Origin: an uncultured archaeon
Lineage (GTDB): Archaea > Thermoproteota > Nitrososphaeria > Nitrososphaerales > Gagatemarchaeaceae
Direction: 5' to 3'
NCBI GenBank assembly: GCA_963817525.1
Contig: CAWFOU010000001.1
Location: 544,001 to 608,000, forward strand
DNA: 64,000 nt
Shown here: in pieces, positions 58,511 to 64,000 of the stretch
How the letters are laid out: every line of letters starts with the position of its first letter
Position numbering within the stretch: the first letter of the stretch is position 1
Made by a program: the position numbers and the translations under genes
Notes under the pieces: generated by a model
The model's database searches: none
What the model was told of the DNA's origin: nothing
The model's input: only the letters and a program-made list of their open reading frames with translations

Positions 58511-59685
58511 GCCAGCAGCTCCGTGCCTAGCATCTGCAGGGTGAACGGGGTGAGCGCTCCCTTTGCGAACCAGTCGTCCTTGAGGGACTGGGGCAGAGCG
58601 TCGGCGACGTCACCCGTCTTGAAGGGGCCGTAATCCTTCCCTTCCCATGTGACCTTGTCCACCGACCTCGTGAAGACCAGGGTCTTGTCGAGCGTCTTCT
58701 GTCCGGAGGGCGCGCCCATGATTATGGCAGGCCCTACGATGACCGCCGAGCCGCCGAACCCGAGCCTCGCCGGGTCCGCATCGAGGATGTCAGCCGTCCA
58801 CTTTATCGGGTCGGTCACCTTCCCCTTGTAGTAGTTCTCTATCACGCGGTTGAAGTCCACGGACTGGATGGTCTTCGGGGAGTACTCGGGGGCGAAGGTC
58901 ATCAGGCAGGGCGCCTCTATCTCAAGCCTCTGGATGGACCTCCCGATCCTCCTCCCCGCGTGGATCCTCAGGGAGTCGGGGTCGACGTCCAGCTCCTCCA
59001 CATAGGTCGCGTGGGGCAGCTCGATGCCCATCTTCTGGGAGACAACCTCGGCCACCTGGGGGCCTACGCTCCCCGTCTCTCCGTCGGTGGTCCTTATCCC
59101 CGCCACCACGACGAACTTTGTGACGTTTGACCTCTCGGTCTTGAGCCTGGCGATGGCCTCCTCCCTCGACAGGTTCCCCTCGACCAGGTGCCCGATCACG
59201 GAGGTGCGCGTCCCGGGCTCCTCGTTGTAGACCTTGTTGGGGAGCAGGTTCTGGTCGTATAGCTCCCTGGCCTTTGCCTCTATCTCCTGGACCGACGCGC
59301 CGTCGCTGACGAGCTTGATGAGCGTGTCGAACGGCACGACGTGCTTCTCGTAGACCTTGAAGACAGCGTGGCCCACCGCGTAGGAGGTCGCGACGGTGTC
59401 CGACCCGGCCAGCCTCGGGTCGCTCAGGATGATCTCCTCGTCGACGCCCGTGGCCTCGGCGTTGAAGAGCGGCGTCAGGATGGGCTTTAGCCTCGCGTCC
59501 GGGCCCATGCTAAGAGTTACTATCTTCCCTCCGACCCTCCTCTTGAGGTAGTCAGCTGCCACTATGGCCGTTTCGTCGTTCGGGTTCACGACCATCTCCA
59601 TGGCGTCGCGCTGCACGATGTTGTCGACCCTGACGACCTTCGCGGTCCTCGCTGGCACCCCCTTCACTAGTGCTATGATGAGCAA
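58507..59685 (-). CDS. etfB: Electron transfer flavoprotein beta subunit (FixA-like, long form)
   Basis: NPND..A, SMGP, LSD....GSDT.ATS and G..T.DGETG.VGPQVAE. Confidence 0.9.
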   Translation of the reverse strand: MLIIALVKGVPARTAKVVRVDNIVQRDAMEMVVNPNDETAIVAADYLKRRVGGKIVTLSMGPDARLKPILTPLFNAEATGVDEEIILSDPRLAGSDTVATSYAVGHAVFKVYEKHVVPFDTLIKLVSDGASVQEIEAKARELYDQNLLPNKVYNEEPGTRTSVIGHLVEGNLSREEAIARLKTERSNVTKFVVVAGIRTTDGETGSVGPQVAEVVSQKMGIELPHATYVEELDVDPDSLRIHAGRRIGRSIQRLEIEAPCLMTFAPEYSPKTIQSVDFNRVIENYYKGKVTDPIKWTADILDADPARLGFGGSAVIVGPAIIMGAPSGQKTLDKTLVFTRSVDKVTWEGKDYGPFKTGDVADALPQSLKDDWFAKGALTPFTLQMLGTELLA

Positions 59686-59801
59686 TGTCGTCCTCTGGCA
59701 AACATGGCGGGAATAAAAGTATTGAGGGAAAACGAGGGTTGCGAAGTCTTCTTCGACAATCGCTATACTTTTGAGAATAGCCGCCGCGCTGGTCTAGCGG
59801 C

Positions 59802-60719
59802 CTAGAGCGCAGCCTGGATGGCCTTGATGCCCTCGCGTATGGTCTGGGCGCCCTTTGAGAACTGGGCCTTTTCCCGGTCGTCGAGGTCCAGCGGGAGTAT
59901 CTTCTCGATCCCGTTCGCCCCGAGCACGAGAGGGACACCGATGCATAGCCCGCTGAGCCCGTACTCCCCCTCGAGGTACGCGGAGGCGGGGATCACCTCC
60001 CTCCGGTCCCAGGCTATGGCCTTGACCATCCTCACCACGGCGTTCGCCGGGGCGTCCACCGTGCCGCCCTTCTTCGAGATGACCTCTATGGCTATCCTCC
60101 TCGTGGCCTCCATCGCCTGGGCCACCTGGGTCTCGTCCATCAGCTTGGTAAGGGGCACACCGCCGATCGAGGTGTACCTCGCGAGAGGGAGCATGCTCTC
60201 GCCGTGCTCCCCGATGACCAGCGAGGTCACGGAGGAGTGGGATACGTCGAGCATCGCCGATATGGTGGACTTGAACCTGGAGAGGTCGAGGATCCCGCCC
60301 ATCCCCACCACCCTTCCCTTGGGGAACCCGGTCTTCCTCAGCACGACGTAGTTCATCACGTCCATCGGGTTGGTCACCGTCAGAGCGATGCACCCGGGGG
60401 CGTGCTTCGCGACCTCCTTGGCGACGGAGGCCACTATGCCTGCGTTCTTCTCGAGGAGGTCCATCCTCGTCATCCCTGGCTTGCGCGCCAGGCCCGCCGT
60501 GATAACCACCACCTCCGAGCCGCGGAGAGACGAGAAGTCAGTCGACCCCCTCACGTCGACGTCCACCCCAGTCTCTGCTATCTTCTGAGAGATGTCCATG
60601 GCCTCCCCATCGGCGAGGCCCGGGACTATGTCGACCAGGGTGACGTCGTCGATCCCCGCGGACGCGACCTCGAGCGCGGCCTGCGCGCCAACCCTCCCAG
60701 CACCAAGGAAGCCGATCAT
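59802..60719 (-). CDS. mdh: Malate dehydrogenase (LDH-like)
   Basis: GAGRVG, TAGLARKPGMTR.DL, TNP.D, LD.SRF and GEHG. Confidence 0.93.
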   Translation of the reverse strand: MIGFLGAGRVGAQAALEVASAGIDDVTLVDIVPGLADGEAMDISQKIAETGVDVDVRGSTDFSSLRGSEVVVITAGLARKPGMTRMDLLEKNAGIVASVAKEVAKHAPGCIALTVTNPMDVMNYVVLRKTGFPKGRVVGMGGILDLSRFKSTISAMLDVSHSSVTSLVIGEHGESMLPLARYTSIGGVPLTKLMDETQVAQAMEATRRIAIEVISKKGGTVDAPANAVVRMVKAIAWDRREVIPASAYLEGEYGLSGLCIGVPLVLGANGIEKILPLDLDDREKAQFSKGAQTIREGIKAIQAAL

Positions 60720-60799
60720 GTCGGTGTTCGCAACAGCTCCGAGCGGGACATCAACTCGGGGTCAGTAAAAAAGTTAGCAGCGATGCGCATGAGGCGCGC

Positions 60800-61087
60800 T
60801 TATAGCCTCAGGCCGTACGATTGGGCAAAGTCCTCGAACTGGACGTATTGCTGCAGGAACATCCTGCCCTTGTCGCTTATCCTATACTTTGGGTTCTTTT
60901 CCAGCGTCTCCTCTAGGAGCAGGCCTGCGCCGACGAGCTCCACGATGAGCTTGGTCATGCGGCTGTATGAGACGTTGCCCCGCCTCAGGAGCGTGGTTAT
61001 CCCAACGCCTTGGCCGTCCTGGTTTAGGTCACGAGCGGTCGCTAGTATGTCCGCGATGATCTTGCCCTGGGTTCTATACTGGGGCAT
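60800..61087 (-). CDS. Winged-helix regulator, HTH_45/ArnR1-like family
   Basis: YRT..KIIADIL...ITTLLRRGNVSY.R...GLL...Y.IS.KG..FL. Confidence 0.85.
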   Translation of the reverse strand: MPQYRTQGKIIADILATARDLNQDGQGVGITTLLRRGNVSYSRMTKLIVELVGAGLLLEETLEKNPKYRISDKGRMFLQQYVQFEDFAQSYGLRL

Positions 61088-61721
61088 TCAATAGATCTCC
61101 TGGCTTCCTGAACGAGTACTTCAAGACAGGCACGAATAGCGCAACTAGTCCAACTTCCCTCATCAAAAGCTGCAACAATGTTAACAATGCGATGTCTGGG
61201 GCAGCGAGAGACACCCACCAACCCGCGGCGAGCATGCCCAGCCCTGTGGCGATGAAGAGCGTGTTGGGGTTCCTCGTCTTTGAGTATGAGAGGGCGGTCT
61301 CCAGTACGCCGTAGAGGATGAAGTAGAAGGAGAGGCTGCGGAGGACGGTCTCCACGCTTGTGGGGCTGACCGCGAATATCGGGAAGAGGATGAGCAAAGG
61401 CCCTAGGCGGCGCGAGACGACGACGTCGAGGACGTGGGAGAACGCCAAGAAGAAGTAGCCGACCGTCTGCAGGAAGAGTCCGGCCACCAGGATCGTCGCG
61501 AGAGATAGCTCGAGCCCCGGGATGCTCGCGAAGGCGCCGACGCCTTCGAGCCCCTGAAGGACGAACCCGGTCCCCAAGAAGACGAACGCCGCGGCTAGTC
61601 TGAGCATCGAGGAGCTGGAGGTCTCTCGCACACCCTTGTAGGCGACGAGGGCTATTGAAAACGCGACAAAGGCCCCTATGAACTGTAGGGCGTTCTCGAA
61701 CACGACAAAGTCTGTCCCCAC
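61074..61721 (-). CDS. Multi-pass (about 7 TM) membrane protein coupled to the wHTH gene
   Basis: Serial hydrophobic helices; 14-nt overlap with the wHTH gene; TTTTATAT at 61753-61760 supports a GTG start at 61721. Confidence 0.75.
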   Translation of the reverse strand: MGTDFVVFENALQFIGAFVAFSIALVAYKGVRETSSSSMLRLAAAFVFLGTGFVLQGLEGVGAFASIPGLELSLATILVAGLFLQTVGYFFLAFSHVLDVVVSRRLGPLLILFPIFAVSPTSVETVLRSLSFYFILYGVLETALSYSKTRNPNTLFIATGLGMLAAGWWVSLAAPDIALLTLLQLLMREVGLVALFVPVLKYSFRKPGDLLNAPV

Positions 61722-61927
61722 AGGCCTTACCTGTGTTGAAGTCACCTCGTTGATATAAAAGCTTGATGGACCTGTGCTCCTACCCGTGTAGAGGGAAAAC
61801 GCGCGACAAATGCATCTTGGAGGGGCGTTGTTTTCCACAAAAGCTAAATAGCTGTAAAAGGCTTGCAACTTAAGCTATATAGCTTCCGGTGTATTGCTTG
61901 TCATCTGAAAGAGATTTCTCGAGACTG

Positions 61928-62836
61928 ATGAAGTTGCAACGGGCGCTGGACAAGTGCCCAAGATGCGGAAAGGGGCCTATGGTCGTCGACAACGCAGGCG
62001 GCGAGCTAGTGTGCAGCAGCTGCGGCTTTGTGGTCAAGGAGAAGATCGAAGAGACGGGCCCCGAATGGAGGGCGTTCTCGAAGGATGAGAAGGACGACAG
62101 ATCGAGGGGCGGGATTCCCACCTCTATCGCCATGCACGACATGGGGCTGGCCACGGTCATAGGTTCCGTAAACAAAGACGCTTCTGGAAAGTCGCTGTCA
62201 GGGTCGATGAAAGCCACCGTCGATCGCCTCAGGACCTGGGACAGCAGGAGCCAGGTCCACGAGCCGATGGACAGGAACCTTAGGCAGGCTTTCAGCGAGC
62301 TCGACAGGCTCTCCGACAAGCTCTCGGTCTCCGACGCAGTGGTGGAGAAGGCTGCTTACATCTACAGGAAGGCGCTCGAGCGGGGGCTGGTGAGGGGAAG
62401 GTCGATCTCGGCGATCATCGCCGCCTCTCTTTACGCTGCCTGCAGGGACAGGGAGACACCGAGGACGCTAAAGGACCTCGCGGTGGTGTCCAACGTGAAG
62501 AAGAAGGACATCGCAAGGTGCTACAGGCTCCTCCTGAAGGAGATGGACATCAAGATGCCCGTGGTCGACCCGACAAAGTGCGTCTCGAGGATCGCCTCCA
62601 GGGCGCAGCTGTCGGAGAGAACCAAGAGGAGGGCGTTAGAGATACTCAAGAAGGCAGAGGAGGCGAGGATATCTGCGGGAAAGGACCCTATGGGCCTGGC
62701 CGCAGCGGCTCTTTACGTGTCTTGCACGCTCGAGGGCGAGGACAAGACTCAGAGGGACGTCGCGGAGGCAGCCGGGGTGACCGAGGTCACCATCAGGAAT
62801 AGGTACAAGGGCCTCCGGTCGGCGCTAGGGATCTAA
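61928..62836 (+). CDS. tfb: Transcription initiation factor IIB
   Basis: CPRC...GELVC..CG zinc ribbon, GPEWRAF, HD.GL.T and cyclin repeats (GRS..., GKDP.GLAAA.LY, VTEVTIRNRY). Confidence 0.97.
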   Translation: MKLQRALDKCPRCGKGPMVVDNAGGELVCSSCGFVVKEKIEETGPEWRAFSKDEKDDRSRGGIPTSIAMHDMGLATVIGSVNKDASGKSLSGSMKATVDRLRTWDSRSQVHEPMDRNLRQAFSELDRLSDKLSVSDAVVEKAAYIYRKALERGLVRGRSISAIIAASLYAACRDRETPRTLKDLAVVSNVKKKDIARCYRLLLKEMDIKMPVVDPTKCVSRIASRAQLSERTKRRALEILKKAEEARISAGKDPMGLAAAALYVSCTLEGEDKTQRDVAEAAGVTEVTIRNRYKGLRSALGI

Positions 62837-62879
62837 CCAATCCCCAGCCGTCCCCTTCATGGTTATGGAGGGCCGGCAA

Positions 62880-62914
62880 TATGGAACACCGTTCCATAAA
62901 CCGTAATATGGTTT
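62880..62914. promoter_or_regulatory. Inverted repeats upstream of the second tandem Lrp-like regulator
   Basis: TATGGAAC-ACC-GTTCCATA (62880-62898, perfect 8 bp) and imperfect AAACCGT-AAT-ATGGTTT (62898-62914). Confidence 0.5.
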
Positions 62915-62953
62915 CATAATCTATTTCTAATTTGACAGCCGTTCTTGAAAATA

Positions 62954-64000
62954 TTGGAGCCGCAGGAGAATATAGAGCAGCCTGACCCCAATGAGAACAC
63001 GCTCGCCCTGGTCAAGCTGATGACTGAGATAGGCCCTGACATCGCGGAGATATCGAGGCGGCTGGGGCAGTTCAAGGAGAGCGTCAGGTACCGGTACAAG
63101 GAGAAGATAGTCAAGCGCGGGTTCGCCGTGAAGGCGGAGCCGGACTACACCGCATTGGGCCTTCGGAGGATCGTCATGAAGCTGGCCGTCTCGGACGAGT
63201 ACTCCTCCCGCGCGTCGCAGGTCTTCGAAGCGATGAGCGATCTCTGCTATCTGGTCTCCTACGCGGGGACCATGCCCAACGGCAGCTACCTTGCCCAGGC
63301 CGCAGTCCCGGTGGAGTTTACAAAGGAGTTTCACGCGCTCGTAGGTGGCCTGGGTGACAGGGGCATATTCTCCTCGGTCGAGCTCTTCGATTGCGACTGG
63401 CACAGGGTCGCTCCCATGCGCGCTGAGTGCTTCGATTTCGACGAGGGCGTCTGGGACTTTGACTGGAGCAACCCCGTGCCCCTCAACGAAAAGGCGGCGC
63501 GAGGCGCGGTCTCGGAGAGGAAGAAGGTCGACAAGGTGGACCTCCTGATCCTGAAAGAGCTATCGAAGGACGGCGGCGCCTCCTTGATGGAGGTCAAGGC
63601 GGCGATCAAGAGGATAAACGGCGTCGACATCAACTACAAGACTTTGGGCTGGCACTATACGCACCACGTCCTGAGCCAGCGGCTGGTCAGCCACTACTCG
63701 GTGGGGTGGCACCGCCTCAACTACGACTTCGAGCGCAACAAAGATGTGGGAACCGCCAGGTACGACTACCTTGGGGTCGTGGTGATGGTCCGTGAGGTCA
63801 ACGGCCAAGAAAGGATGATGCTGAGGAGCCAGATGGACTCCCTTCCGTTCCTCTGGTCAGAGGCGGCAGGCTCCACGTACTTCTCGCAGCTCTTCATCCC
63901 GCTCAACGCGGTGAACGAAGCCCTGGAGCACTTGAAGGCGGTCCTAAAGCCATACGGAAAGAGGGCCGAGCTGCTCTTCCTAGACAAGCGGGAGATGAAG
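62954..64000 (+). CDS. Tandem Lrp/AsnC-type regulator, paralogue of 33721-34812 (3' truncated; absent from the ORF track)
   Basis: Reads ...IGPDIAEISRRLGQFKESVRYRY...DYTALGLRR...FDFDEGVWDFDW...DKVDLLILKEL...TLGWHYTHHV and appears open to the window end. Confidence 0.82.
   Translation, partial: MEPQENIEQPDPNENTLALVKLMTEIGPDIAEISRRLGQFKESVRYRYKEKIVKRGFAVKAEPDYTALGLRRIVMKLAVSDEYSSRASQVFEAMSDLCYLVSYAGTMPNGSYLAQAAVPVEFTKEFHALVGGLGDRGIFSSVELFDCDWHRVAPMRAECFDFDEGVWDFDWSNPVPLNEKAARGAVSERKKVDKVDLLILKELSKDGGASLMEVKAAIKRINGVDINYKTLGWHYTHHVLSQRLVSHYSVGWHRLNYDFERNKDVGTARYDYLGVVVMVREVNGQERMMLRSQMDSLPFLWSEAAGSTYFSQLFIPLNAVNEALEHLKAVLKPYGKRAELLFLDKREMK

Noticed and set aside
10667-60588. Many long antisense or alternative-frame ORFs (e.g. 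12667-13812, 27835-29250, 52588-53871)
   Set aside because: Arg/Gly/Pro-rich shadows of real genes, as expected from high GC3; no motifs.

Overview
GC-rich archaeal chromosome segment. TFB, SmAP3, TrpB2 and TackOD1-/NitrOD5-like proteins point to Nitrososphaerota/TACK; this is inference, and no amo genes are in the window. About 2.9-42 kb is a cell-surface and signalling neighbourhood. It holds a type IV pilus locus with ten class III signal-peptide pilins, two TadC/ArlJ-like platform proteins and an assembly ATPase. It also holds three large Ig-repeat surface proteins (one split at a G7 tract), a degenerate KaiC-like protein, DUF835-, ACT-V4R- and NitrOD5-like signalling proteins, and many regulators. 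The most striking element is an 82-aa precursor gene (33468-33716). It has a hydrophobic leader and three identical GDPGGPGAPN cores that differ only at synonymous codon positions, and it lies tail-to-tail with a tandem Lrp/AsnC-type regulator. This is a candidate archaeal secreted-peptide signalling or RiPP-like system. A TnpB-only IS200/IS605 element appears to sit inside a host TATA box. The rest is mostly housekeeping (DHH, MarR-MFS, nnrD, PMT glycosyltransferase, SmAP3, trpB2, hom, lysC, ETF, mdh, tfb) plus a NitrOD5-HTH-KaiC-membrane operon. No rRNA, tRNA or CRISPR array was recognised. All family assignments are from motif recognition by eye, not from database searches.
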